NCBI GenBank assembly: GCA_964615285.1
Contig: CAZTND010000004.1
Span: 1,233-50,539, forward strand
DNA from: an uncultured Clostridia bacterium
GTDB lineage: Bacteria > Bacillota > Clostridia > Christensenellales > Borkfalkiaceae
Reading direction: 5' to 3'
Length of the DNA: 49,307 bases
Every line of letters starts with the position of its first letter. The stretch's first letter is position 1. Both the position numbers and the translations under genes were made by a program. Positions 1 to 8,317 of this stretch are shown here, piece after piece. The notes below the pieces were generated by a model. That model was not told where the DNA came from, made no database searches, and worked only from the letters and a program-made list of their open reading frames with translations.

Positions 1-33
1 CGGAAAAATCATAAAGAACCGGAGGGGAATCAT

Positions 34-1755
34 ATGCTCAAACGTCTGATCGATGGGGCGGCAGGCCGCATCAAGGCGGACGTCGTCCTCAAAAACGGCT
101 CGTATGTCAACGTATTCACGGGCGAGGTCGCAAAGGGCGACATTGCCGTCGTCGGCGGCCGCATCGCGGGCGTCGGCGATTATGCAGGGGAAGAGGAGTT
201 CGACATTGCCGGCATGGTCGTCCTGCCGGGGCTCATCGACGGGCACGTACACATCGAAAGTTCCCAGCTTTCGCCCGAAGAATTTGCCCGCCTCGTCGTG
301 CCGCGCGGCACGACGGCCGTCATCGCCGACCCGCACGAGATCGTCAACGTCTGCGGCATGGCAGGCGTCGATTATATCAGAAAGGCATCGGAAAACCTGT
401 CGCTGGACGTGCACATCATGCTGCCTTCCTGCGTGCCCGCCACGCCCTTTGAAACGAGCGGCGCGGTGTTGGGCGCCAAAGAGATCGAAGAGAACATCGG
501 CCGCGGGGAGATCCTCGGGCTGGGTGAATTCATGAACTATCCCGGCGTCGTAAATGCCGACGGGGAGGCGCTGGCAAAATTGCAGGCGGCGGCAACTCTC
601 GGCAAGATCGTGGACGGGCACGCGCCCGGCCTGACGGGGAAGGCTCTGAATGCCTACATCGCGGCGGGCATTGCCACCGATCACGAATGCGTGACGCCCG
701 CAGAGGCGGCGGAAAAGGTATCGCGCGGCATGTACTGCCACCTCAGGCACGGCTCGACGACGCGCAATCTCGTCGCCAACGCGCAGGCGGTCAACGACAA
801 AAATTTCCGCCGTTTTCTCCTCTGCACGGACGACCGCCACGCCGCCGACCTGAAAAACAAGGGACACATCGACGACGCCCTGCGCACGCTTGCGGGCAGC
901 GGGTTCGACCCCGTGCGCGCCGTCATTTTGGCGACCCTCAACGCGGCAGAGTGCTACGGCCTGCAGGGGCGGGGCGGCATCGCGCCCGGTTATTTTGCCG
1001 ACCTGGTCGTCGTGGACGATCTGAAAAATTTCAACGCGCGGTACGTATTCAAGGACGGCAAGCTCGTCGCGGAAAACGGAAAGCCGCTCTTTGCGGCGAA
1101 ACATTATCTCCCGCCGTCCGTCCTGCACACCGTGCATCTGCCCGAAGAGATGCGTGCGGAAGATTTTCGCCTGTCCCTGCGGGGCAGGAAGGCGCGGGTC
1201 ATCCGCGTCCGCCCCGGCACCATCGTCACCGAATGCGCCGTGCGCGCGGTGGAAAGCAGGGACGGCGACGTGGTATTGCAGGACGGCCTTTTGAAGTTGG
1301 CGGTCGTCGAGCGGCACAAGGGCACGGGCAACATCGGCAGGGGGCTTTTGGAAGGGTACGGCTTTCGCGGCGGGTGCCTCGGCATCACCGTGTCGCACGA
1401 TTCGCACAACATCATCCTGCTCGGCGACGACAATGAGGACATGGCGATCGCTGCCAACGAGCTGGCAAAGATGGGCGGCGGCATGGTCGTCGTGCGGAAG
1501 GGCGAATGCGACGGCGTGCCCCTCGAGATCGGCGGAGTGATGAGTGCCGAAAGCGCCGAAACGTTCATCGAAAGTTCCGAACGCCTGATGCAAAAGGCGT
1601 ACGCCATGGGCGTGCATCGGGATCTGGATGCCTTCCTGTCGTTGGCGTTTTTGTCCCTCGCGGTCGTGCCTGCACTCAAATTGCTGGATACGGGTCTGTT
1701 CGACGTCGGAAAATTTGCGTTCACGAGCATCGACGCCGACGGCGAAGAGGCGTAA
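34..1755 (+). CDS. ade: adenine deaminase
   Basis: 573-aa ORF with the amidohydrolase metal motif LPGLIDGHVHIESS near the N-terminus and a full-length Ade-like sequence. GGAGG lies upstream of ATG 34. Confidence 0.9.
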   Translation: MLKRLIDGAAGRIKADVVLKNGSYVNVFTGEVAKGDIAVVGGRIAGVGDYAGEEEFDIAGMVVLPGLIDGHVHIESSQLSPEEFARLVVPRGTTAVIADPHEIVNVCGMAGVDYIRKASENLSLDVHIMLPSCVPATPFETSGAVLGAKEIEENIGRGEILGLGEFMNYPGVVNADGEALAKLQAAATLGKIVDGHAPGLTGKALNAYIAAGIATDHECVTPAEAAEKVSRGMYCHLRHGSTTRNLVANAQAVNDKNFRRFLLCTDDRHAADLKNKGHIDDALRTLAGSGFDPVRAVILATLNAAECYGLQGRGGIAPGYFADLVVVDDLKNFNARYVFKDGKLVAENGKPLFAAKHYLPPSVLHTVHLPEEMRAEDFRLSLRGRKARVIRVRPGTIVTECAVRAVESRDGDVVLQDGLLKLAVVERHKGTGNIGRGLLEGYGFRGGCLGITVSHDSHNIILLGDDNEDMAIAANELAKMGGGMVVVRKGECDGVPLEIGGVMSAESAETFIESSERLMQKAYAMGVHRDLDAFLSLAFLSLAVVPALKLLDTGLFDVGKFAFTSIDADGEEA

Positions 1756-1789
1756 GCGGGGAAAAACCGCTGCGAAAAGGAGGCCCGCC

Positions 1790-2786
1790 ATGCGGTACGA
1801 TTTGAAAATTTTTACCGAAAACATCGAGCCGGAGGCGGTGCATCAGATATACACCCTTTTGGAGCAGCCCGCATTCGCGGGCGCAAAGGTGCGCATCATG
1901 CCCGACGTGCATTACGGCACGGGCTGCGTCGTCGGGTTTACCGCCACGGCGGGGGATAAAATGATCCCCAATGTGCCGGGCGTCGACCTCGGTTGCGGCA
2001 TGTACACGGCGGAGATCGGCAGGGCGGAGTTTTCGTTGTCCGCGCTGGACGATCATTCACAGCGGTTCGCGCAATCTCGGACTGCAGGTGGCAAAAATTT
2101 ATCAGAAAATGGCGGTCGAAAGCTGTAAGTCCTGCGCGCAGGACGAGCGGAAGCGGGTCACCGAAGAACTGAAAGCGGCGGGCAGGCAGGGCGAGATTCC
2201 CGCCGCCGTCGATGCGGTGACGGCAAAATATGCCCACAGGACAAAGATCCCCGCCGAGCTTTGCTACCTGGAGGGGGAAGAGATGCGGGCGTATCTCGAC
2301 GACCTGCGGCTCTGTCAGCAGTTTGCCTCTCTCAACCGCCGCAAAATGGCGGAGGAAATTCTGAAATTCCTGAAAATTTATCGGTATTCGGACTTTGAAA
2401 CGGTGCATAATTTCATCGATGCCGATAACATCGTCCGAAAAGGCGCCGTTCCCGCGCATAAGGGGCAGCGCGTGCTCATTCCCATGAACATGCGCGACGG
2501 CTGTCTGATCGCCGTCGGGAAGGGCAACGAGGACTGGAACTTTTCGGCGCCGCACGGCGCGGGCAGGGCCTGCCGCCGCAGCGAGGCAAGGGAACTGTTC
2601 ACGGTCGAAGAATTTCAGGAGAGCATGCAGGGCATTTATACGACGACGGCAAACCGGTCGACGCTCGACGAATCGCCGATGGCGTATAAGCCCATGCGGG
2701 AGATCGTCGGCCTGATCTCTCCCACGGTGGAGATCGAACGCGTCATAAAGCCCGTCTACAACTTCAAGGCGGCGGAATCGAAATAA
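1790..2786 (+). pseudogene. rtcB: RtcB-family RNA ligase, disrupted by an internal deletion plus frameshift
   Basis: N-terminal part (MRYDL..IMPDVHYGTGC..VDLGCGMYTAEIG..SALDD) starts at ATG 1790 in one frame and stops at 2126-2128. The remainder (IIHSGSRNLG..FASLNRRKM..SAPHGAGR..SPMAYKP) is in another frame and ends at 2786. The frames join near 2050-2058. The segment carrying the GxGNHF metal-binding motif, expected between GCGM and HSGSR, is absent. Confidence 0.8.
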
Positions 2787-2815
2787 ACGACACAAAACGG
2801 AGACAAGGAGAAAAA

Positions 2816-3415
2816 ATGGATCTTTCCAAGAAAAAGACGTTGGTCGTTGCCACGGGCAACGCGCATAAACTCAAAGAGATCGCGGAAATTTTTCCGCAAT
2901 ACGAGGTGATCTCTCAAAAACAGGCGGGGTTTGCGGGGGAAGCCGAGGAGACGGGCAAGACCTTCGCGGAGAACGCCGTCATCAAGGCGGAAACGGCCTG
3001 CAGGGCGCTGGGGCTGCCCGTGCTGGCGGATGACAGCGGCATCTGCGTTCCCGCGCTCGGCGGCGCGCCCGGCGTGTACAGCGCGCGCTATGCGGGCGAG
3101 CACGGCAACGACAAAAAGAACCGCGCGCTGCTTCTCAAAAATCTGGAGGGGGTCTTAGACCGCGCGGCGTATTTTGAATGCGCGGCGGCTCTGGCGGTGC
3201 CCGGCGGCGAAACGCTCGTGGCGACGGGCAGGACGCACGGCAGCATTTTGACGGAGGAGCACGGGGAGGGCGGCTTCGGCTATGACCCCGTCTTTTTCAG
3301 CGACGACCTGCAAAAGTCCTTCGGCGAGGCGACGGCGGCGGAGAAGAACGCCGTTTCGCACCGCTTCCGCGCCCTGACGGCATTGAAAAAATTGGCGGGA
3401 GGAGCTATGGCATGA
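2816..3415 (+). CDS. rdgB: dITP/XTP pyrophosphatase (RdgB/HAM1 family)
   Basis: 199 aa. Contains VVATGNAHKLKEI, SGICVPALGGAPGVYSARY and GFGYDPVF motifs. AAGGAG RBS. Confidence 0.9.
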   Translation: MDLSKKKTLVVATGNAHKLKEIAEIFPQYEVISQKQAGFAGEAEETGKTFAENAVIKAETACRALGLPVLADDSGICVPALGGAPGVYSARYAGEHGNDKKNRALLLKNLEGVLDRAAYFECAAALAVPGGETLVATGRTHGSILTEEHGEGGFGYDPVFFSDDLQKSFGEATAAEKNAVSHRFRALTALKKLAGGAMA

Positions 3416-3891
3416 AGACAGTCATTGTGCTTTCGGACACGCACGGTCACCGCGCGGCGATCGAAAAACTGTTTCCGCTCTTTGCCGAAAACGATTGCAT
3501 CATCCACCTCGGGGACGGCAACCGGGATATGGCGCAGGTGTACACGGCATTTCCCGACAAGACCTTCGTCTGCCGCGGCAATTGCGATTTTTCCGCGCCC
3601 TACGCGCGGGACGAGTGGGAGATCCAAGTGGAAGGCGTAAAGATATTTGCCTGCCACGGGCACGCCTACGGGGTCAAGTCCGACCTTGCGAAACTGCGTT
3701 CGGAGGCGGCGCGCCGCGGCGCGCGCATTGCGCTCTACGGGCACACGCACATCGCTTCCGCCGAGGAACAGGACGGCGTTTTGCTGCTCAACCCCGGTTG
3801 TGCGGGGCTGTATACGTCTGCCCCGAGCTATGCCTATCTGGTCATCAACGGGGATAAGATCACTTCGACCGTCGTGCCGCTGTCGATATAA
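3412..3891 (+). CDS. YfcE/MJ0936-type metallophosphoesterase
   Basis: 159 aa. Contains VLSDTHGH, GDG, GNCD and GHTH motifs. Start overlaps the rdgB stop (ATGA). Confidence 0.85.
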   Translation: MKTVIVLSDTHGHRAAIEKLFPLFAENDCIIHLGDGNRDMAQVYTAFPDKTFVCRGNCDFSAPYARDEWEIQVEGVKIFACHGHAYGVKSDLAKLRSEAARRGARIALYGHTHIASAEEQDGVLLLNPGCAGLYTSAPSYAYLVINGDKITSTVVPLSI

Positions 3892-3916
3892 TAAAGAAGG
3901 CAAGGAGAGGAGAACA

Positions 3917-4504
3917 ATGGAATTTTTGAAGGGAGAATTGTTTTGGGTCAGGCGGCCCAAGGAATTTTTCATCGGCGCGGACCGAGCGGAGATCGTCACC
4001 GAGCCGCACACCGACCTCTGGCAGCGGACGTATTACGGCTTTTGCAACGACAACGCGCCCCTGCTTTTGACAAAGACTTCCGAGCAGTATTTTTCGTTCA
4101 CCGTCCGGACGGCGTTTCAGGGCAAGACCCGCTTCGACCAATGCGGCGTGGCGGTCTATCAGGACGGCGAAAATTGGCTGAAGGCCTCTTCGGAGTATGA
4201 GAACGACAAATTCCAGCGGCTCGGCAGCGTGGTGACCAACGGCGGATATTCCGATTGGGCGACGACGGACATCCCCGCATCCGTCAGTGAGATGTGGTAC
4301 CGCCTCTCCCGCCGCGGCCCGGACTTCTGCGTGGAGTGCAGCGAGGACGGAAAAATTTTCCGCCAGATGCGCATCTGCCGTTTGCACGCGGGCGCGGGGG
4401 AGATAGCCTTCGGCGTCTATGCCTGCAGCCCCGAAAATTCCTCCTTCCGCGCCGTGTTCACCGACATGACGGTCGGCGAATGCATGTGGAAGGAACATCA
4501 TTGA
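3917..4504 (+). CDS. DUF1349-like protein (concanavalin-like fold, unknown function)
   Basis: 195 aa starting at MEFLKG, with GGAGAGGAG upstream. Resemblance to the DUF1349 family is from memory of its sequence pattern (DLWQRTYYGF, FDQCGV.VY). The upstream part of the 3647 ORF overlaps the previous gene and is not used. Confidence 0.65.
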   Translation: MEFLKGELFWVRRPKEFFIGADRAEIVTEPHTDLWQRTYYGFCNDNAPLLLTKTSEQYFSFTVRTAFQGKTRFDQCGVAVYQDGENWLKASSEYENDKFQRLGSVVTNGGYSDWATTDIPASVSEMWYRLSRRGPDFCVECSEDGKIFRQMRICRLHAGAGEIAFGVYACSPENSSFRAVFTDMTVGECMWKEHH

Positions 4505-4515
4505 AAAAAGCCTAT

Positions 4516-4558
4516 AAAAAAATGCCCGTCGGTAAAGAAGTCCGACAGGGCATTTTTT
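4516..4558. terminator. bidirectional rho-independent terminator between convergent genes
   Basis: Stem ATGCCCGTCGG / CCGACAGGGCAT (one bulged A), 9-nt loop. An A-run lies 5' and a T6 run lies 3', so it can terminate both strands. Confidence 0.65.
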
Positions 4559-4567
4559 CATGTCTTG

Positions 4568-7225
4568 TTATACCTTGCTCCTCGAAAGGAAATAATAGGC
4601 GACGGCGAACACGATGATGTTCAATAGATAGACGAAGGGGATGACGATGAATTTGACGACCGTAACGGCGTCCGTCAGATTGACGTCTGCGATCAGGTCG
4701 ATCGCGACCAGCAGTATGAACGCGGCAAGGAAAGCCACGATGCCGTTATAGATGGAAGAATTGTTCTTCAATCGTCTGCAGCAGGGCTGGAATTTTGCAA
4801 AATACAGCACCGCGCATACGGCGGGCGGAAGGAGCGCGCAGACCAGCATCGTGACCAGGTATCCGACGCCGAGGCCGAGCTGTCCCCGGAACACGGCGGC
4901 GATCACCGTTTCAACGATGGCGACGGCAAAAAACAGCAGGCTCGCCCGCAGAAGTGCCAGACCCTTGTTGAAGAAATCTTCGGGCATTTCCCGTTTCTGC
5001 GCCGCGCCGCCGGCCGTCCACACGCGGAGACCGTCGTAGCGCGCCTGTTCTTCGATGTCCTGAAAATCGATCCTGCCGGGCGTCAGGGGCCGGGTAGGCT
5101 CGTAGGCGGCTTCGTTGTATTTTACGGCGGGTTCTTCCGACCGCGCATAATTTTCCGCCTGTGCGGGGCCGTTCATGCGATATTCTTCGCCGACCGTTGC
5201 CGTCTCCGCTTCCGCCTGCGGCGGGGGCGGCGTTTCACGGAAGGACGGCGTTTCGTGTTTTTTGAATCCCGCGCGGTAAATGCGCGAAACGATCTCTTTG
5301 TAATTGCGTTCTTCGTCCGTGCGGGAAATGTAGAGGGGCGGAATGGACCGTTTGTCCGCCTGTCCGCGGTATTCCTCCGGGGTGTCTGCGCTCCGTTCGC
5401 TTCCGCCGTAGAGATTTGACGCCGCGTTTTGCGGCTGTGCCTGTGGCAGCGGCTGTGCCTGCATCGGTTGGGGCGGCCGGGCGGGCATGGAGTACAGGTT
5501 GCCGGCCGGGTAGGCGCTGCCGGTATAAACATTTTGCGGCACGCTCTCGTTCTGCGTCGGTCCGACGGGGGGCTGCGGGACGGTATATCCCGGATCCTGG
5601 GGCGCGAGGTACGGTTGCGCAGGGGCTTCCTCCGCTGCGACCGGCCCGTTTTGCGCCGCTTCGGGAGCCGGAGGGACGGCAAATCCCAAGGGCATGCGCT
5701 GCGGCAGGATGGGGGCGTCCTCCGCTCTCGGTTCGCCCTGCACCGGGGCAGGAGGCTCCGGGGGAGCGGGATATTCCGTTTGCTCGAAGGGCGGCGGAAC
5801 GACGGGGATCTCCTCTGCCGCGGTCGGTCCGCTCTGCGTTTCTACCGAAATATTTTCAGAGTGTGCGGAATAGCCGGGCGGCATGGGACGGGGCAGAATG
5901 AAATCTGCCGCCGCGTCCGATCCGGTCGGAACGGCCGTTTCCGTCTCTTCGGGGACCGCACCGTTTTCTGCCGCCTCCGCCGTCGGTGTTTCCGCATTTT
6001 CTGCGGATATTACCGCTTCGTCTGCCGCCGCGGCAGATGCGTCCGGAGTTGCTACGGCAAAGGCCGCCGCGTCCTCCGCTTCCGTCTTTTCGGCTTCGGC
6101 GACCGGTTCGGCCGTCGTTTCCGTTTCGTTTTCAGTTTCAGCTTTGGGTTCGGCCGTGGGTTCGGTTTCGGCGGCGGATCCCGTTATCGGTGCGCCGCTT
6201 TCCGCTTCCGCGGGTTCTGCGGTCTCGGTTGTTTCGGCGCTCGCTGTCGTTTCCGCGGCGATGGGCCGGCTTTCCCGTGCGTCGGAGATGAGGACGGAAT
6301 AAGGTTCGGCAAATTCCTCTTCCACGATGGGCGTGCGGGAAGTCGCCTGGCGCAGGATGCGGAAATCGAGTTTTTCGGGCGGCGGATTGGAAAAGTCAAA
6401 ATCGTTCTCGGAGATCAGACTGTCGATGATGGTGCGGGAATATTCCCATTCCGCCTGGTTCTGTTCGGCGATCGCCCTGCCCGATTCGGTCAGGGAAAAG
6501 TACCGCCGCCTGCCGCCGTTGGAAACGCCGCCCCAGTAAGATTTGACGTATCCCTGCGATTCCAGCCTTTTGAGCGCGCTGTAAAGAGTGGGCTGTTTCA
6601 GAGTGTACTGCCCGTGCGATTTTTTTTCGATCTCGCTGATGATGTCGTAGCCGTAGCGATCGCCCTCGTACAGGGTGCGCAGAATGATGGTGTTGATGTG
6701 CCCGCGGATGAGATCGGAACTGATGGAATTTTTCTTGGGTTTTTCGGCGTCCGGTCTGCCGTTCTCTTCTGCGCTGTCAGCCGTGTCGTAGACCTCTTCA
6801 CCTGCGTCCTCATCTGCGTCTGCGTCGGGTTCTTCCTCGTCTGCGTCCGCATCGGCTTCATCTTCGGCGGGGATTTTGGCTTCTTCGGCGCCGCTGTCGC
6901 CCGAGGGCTCTTCCGTTGCGGGTTCCTGCCCGTCGGCGGGGTCGGGCGCGTGCCCGGCGGTTTCCGCGGCGGGCGCGGTCTCGACGGAACTTTCCCCGGC
7001 TGCGCTTTCGCCGATCGCATATGCGCGGGTGTCGGGGAAAGCGGCAGGGGCGTCCGCTTCGTCGCGCTCGGCGGAAAAAACGATGTCCGTCTCTTCGCCC
7101 GCGCCGCCCGTTATCGCACCCTCAACGGGTTCGTCATCGTCGTCCGCAAAGGGGAAACCCGTCGATGCCTTTTCGTCGGTTTCTTCCGTGAAGGGGAAGA
7201 AGTTTTCTCTTTTTTCGTTATCCAT
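4568..7225 (-). CDS. membrane-anchored PadR-family winged-helix protein with long acidic and Pro/Gln-rich low-complexity regions
   Basis: Start chosen at MDNEK (ATG 7225, GGGAG 12 nt upstream). The PadR core is INTIILRTLYEGDRYGYDIISEIEKK..LKQPTLYSALKRLESQGYVKSYW..RRRYFSLTESG. Four hydrophobic helices occupy the last ~150 aa. Confidence 0.8.
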   Translation of the reverse strand: MDNEKRENFFPFTEETDEKASTGFPFADDDDEPVEGAITGGAGEETDIVFSAERDEADAPAAFPDTRAYAIGESAAGESSVETAPAAETAGHAPDPADGQEPATEEPSGDSGAEEAKIPAEDEADADADEEEPDADADEDAGEEVYDTADSAEENGRPDAEKPKKNSISSDLIRGHINTIILRTLYEGDRYGYDIISEIEKKSHGQYTLKQPTLYSALKRLESQGYVKSYWGGVSNGGRRRYFSLTESGRAIAEQNQAEWEYSRTIIDSLISENDFDFSNPPPEKLDFRILRQATSRTPIVEEEFAEPYSVLISDARESRPIAAETTASAETTETAEPAEAESGAPITGSAAETEPTAEPKAETENETETTAEPVAEAEKTEAEDAAAFAVATPDASAAAADEAVISAENAETPTAEAAENGAVPEETETAVPTGSDAAADFILPRPMPPGYSAHSENISVETQSGPTAAEEIPVVPPPFEQTEYPAPPEPPAPVQGEPRAEDAPILPQRMPLGFAVPPAPEAAQNGPVAAEEAPAQPYLAPQDPGYTVPQPPVGPTQNESVPQNVYTGSAYPAGNLYSMPARPPQPMQAQPLPQAQPQNAASNLYGGSERSADTPEEYRGQADKRSIPPLYISRTDEERNYKEIVSRIYRAGFKKHETPSFRETPPPPQAEAETATVGEEYRMNGPAQAENYARSEEPAVKYNEAAYEPTRPLTPGRIDFQDIEEQARYDGLRVWTAGGAAQKREMPEDFFNKGLALLRASLLFFAVAIVETVIAAVFRGQLGLGVGYLVTMLVCALLPPAVCAVLYFAKFQPCCRRLKNNSSIYNGIVAFLAAFILLVAIDLIADVNLTDAVTVVKFIVIPFVYLLNIIVFAVAYYFLSRSKV

Positions 7226-7255
7226 AGCTTTCGTACACTCCCGAAATTCTTTTTT

Positions 7256-7284
7256 ATTATACAATAAAAAAAGATACTTGTCAA
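7256..7284 (-). promoter_or_regulatory. sigma70-type promoter of the PadR-like gene
   Basis: Minus strand reads TTGACA-17 nt-TATAAT (consensus), about 30 nt upstream of ATG 7225. Confidence 0.6.
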
Positions 7285-7322
7285 TGCTTTGTCGCAAAAT
7301 TCATTTTTCAAAAATAAATTCA

Positions 7323-7343
7323 GTATTATGTCAGACATAAAAC
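7323..7343. repeat. 21-bp palindrome copy A (GTATTATGTCAGACATAAAAC)
   Basis: Matches the ideal GTATTATGTC-A-GACATAATAC at 20/21 positions. Lies in the divergent intergenic region between the PadR-like and thioesterase genes. Confidence 0.8.
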
Positions 7344-7417
7344 AGGGGAAAATGGCGGGAGAAGAGGGGGAAGCATAAAAATTTGATAGCCTTGAAAGGT
7401 TCCCCGTCTTTCGATCC

Positions 7418-7446
7418 TTGACTTTTTCCGACGGGGGCGATATAAT
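7418..7446 (+). promoter_or_regulatory. sigma70-type promoter of the thioesterase gene (possible leaderless transcript)
   Basis: TTGACT-17 nt-TATAAT. The -10 ends 6 nt before ATG 7453. Confidence 0.6.
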
Positions 7447-7452
7447 GGAAGC

Positions 7453-8208
7453 ATGGAAAATTTTTACATGTGCGATCTGGAATTTGAGACCCGATATTCC
7501 GACTTCGATTGCTATGACCGGCTGAAGCTGTCCTCCCTTCTGAATTTCATGCAGGAGGCGGCGGGGGTCAGCGCCGACGAACTCGGCTGCGGTTCCTCGT
7601 TCCTTTGGCCGAAAGGATGGGGGTTCATCGTCACCAATAACTACCTGGAAGTGTATCGGCCCATTGCGGTCGGCGAAAAACTGCGCCTGAAGACCTGGCC
7701 CCTGCCGCCGAAACACATCGTCTTCGAGCGGCATTACGAACTGTGCTCTTCGTCGGGGGAAAAAGTCGCCGCCGCGGTGTCCCGCTGGTGCCTGCTCGAT
7801 CTGAAAAACAAAAAGTTCCTGCCTTCCGCCGCACTGGAAGACCAGGACTACTCGCGCTATAATCCGAAAAAAACCATCGATTTCAAGGCGTGGAAGATCC
7901 GGCCCGCCTGTCTCGAGGGGGCGGCGCCGGCGTTTGCCATGAAGGTATACGGCAGCGAGTGCGACCACTACATGCACGTCAACAATACCCGCTATGCGGA
8001 TTTTTGCATGAATTGTTTTTCTTTGGAGGAATTGAAAGAACGTGCCGTGCGCTCCTTTCATATCGTCTACGAGGAGCAGTGCATTGAAGGGGACGAGCTC
8101 TCTTTTTATCGCTTGCCCTTACAGGAAGAAGCCTTTCTCATTGTCGGCGTAAAGAAGGATGGCGGGCAATGTATGCGCGCGGAAATCACGTTTTCAAAAG
8201 AAAAATGA
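7453..8208 (+). CDS. acyl-ACP thioesterase
   Basis: 251 aa. The N-terminal hot-dog pattern (FETRYSDFDCYDRLKLSSLLNFMQEAA) and the second hot-dog half (ECDHYMHVNNTRYADF) are typical of the acyl-ACP thioesterase family. An alternative start at 7468 is possible. Confidence 0.8.
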   Translation: MENFYMCDLEFETRYSDFDCYDRLKLSSLLNFMQEAAGVSADELGCGSSFLWPKGWGFIVTNNYLEVYRPIAVGEKLRLKTWPLPPKHIVFERHYELCSSSGEKVAAAVSRWCLLDLKNKKFLPSAALEDQDYSRYNPKKTIDFKAWKIRPACLEGAAPAFAMKVYGSECDHYMHVNNTRYADFCMNCFSLEELKERAVRSFHIVYEEQCIEGDELSFYRLPLQEEAFLIVGVKKDGGQCMRAEITFSKEK

Positions 8209-8209
8209 A

Positions 8210-8230
8210 GTATTATGCCAGACATAATAC
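8210..8230. repeat. 21-bp palindrome copy B (GTATTATGCCAGACATAATAC)
   Basis: 20/21 match to the ideal palindrome. Begins 2 nt after the thioesterase stop codon (8206-8208). Confidence 0.8.
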
Positions 8231-8317
8231 GCCCAAAAAGACCGAAAAATGGCCTGATTTTTTGAGATTTAGATGAAATATAAAGCGGAAAAAATATTTC
8301 AAGGAGGAATAGCAAAA

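Noticed and set aside
5880-6960. Repetitive DNA in the PadR-like gene that superficially looks like tandem or CRISPR-like repeats.
   Set aside because: The repeats are irregular codon-level low complexity encoding D/E/A/T/P-rich protein within one continuous ORF. There is no constant repeat-spacer periodicity.
7323-7343. Possibility that the 21-bp palindrome is a dif/Xer-type site, since it contains ATTATG and CATAAT as dif arms do.
   Set aside because: In dif the CATAA and TTATG elements face a 6-bp central region in the opposite order (CATAA-N6-TTATG). Here the order is TTATG-N5-CATAA. A chromosome should carry one dif, not four copies in 49 kb. This idea is retained only as a weak recombination-site hypothesis.
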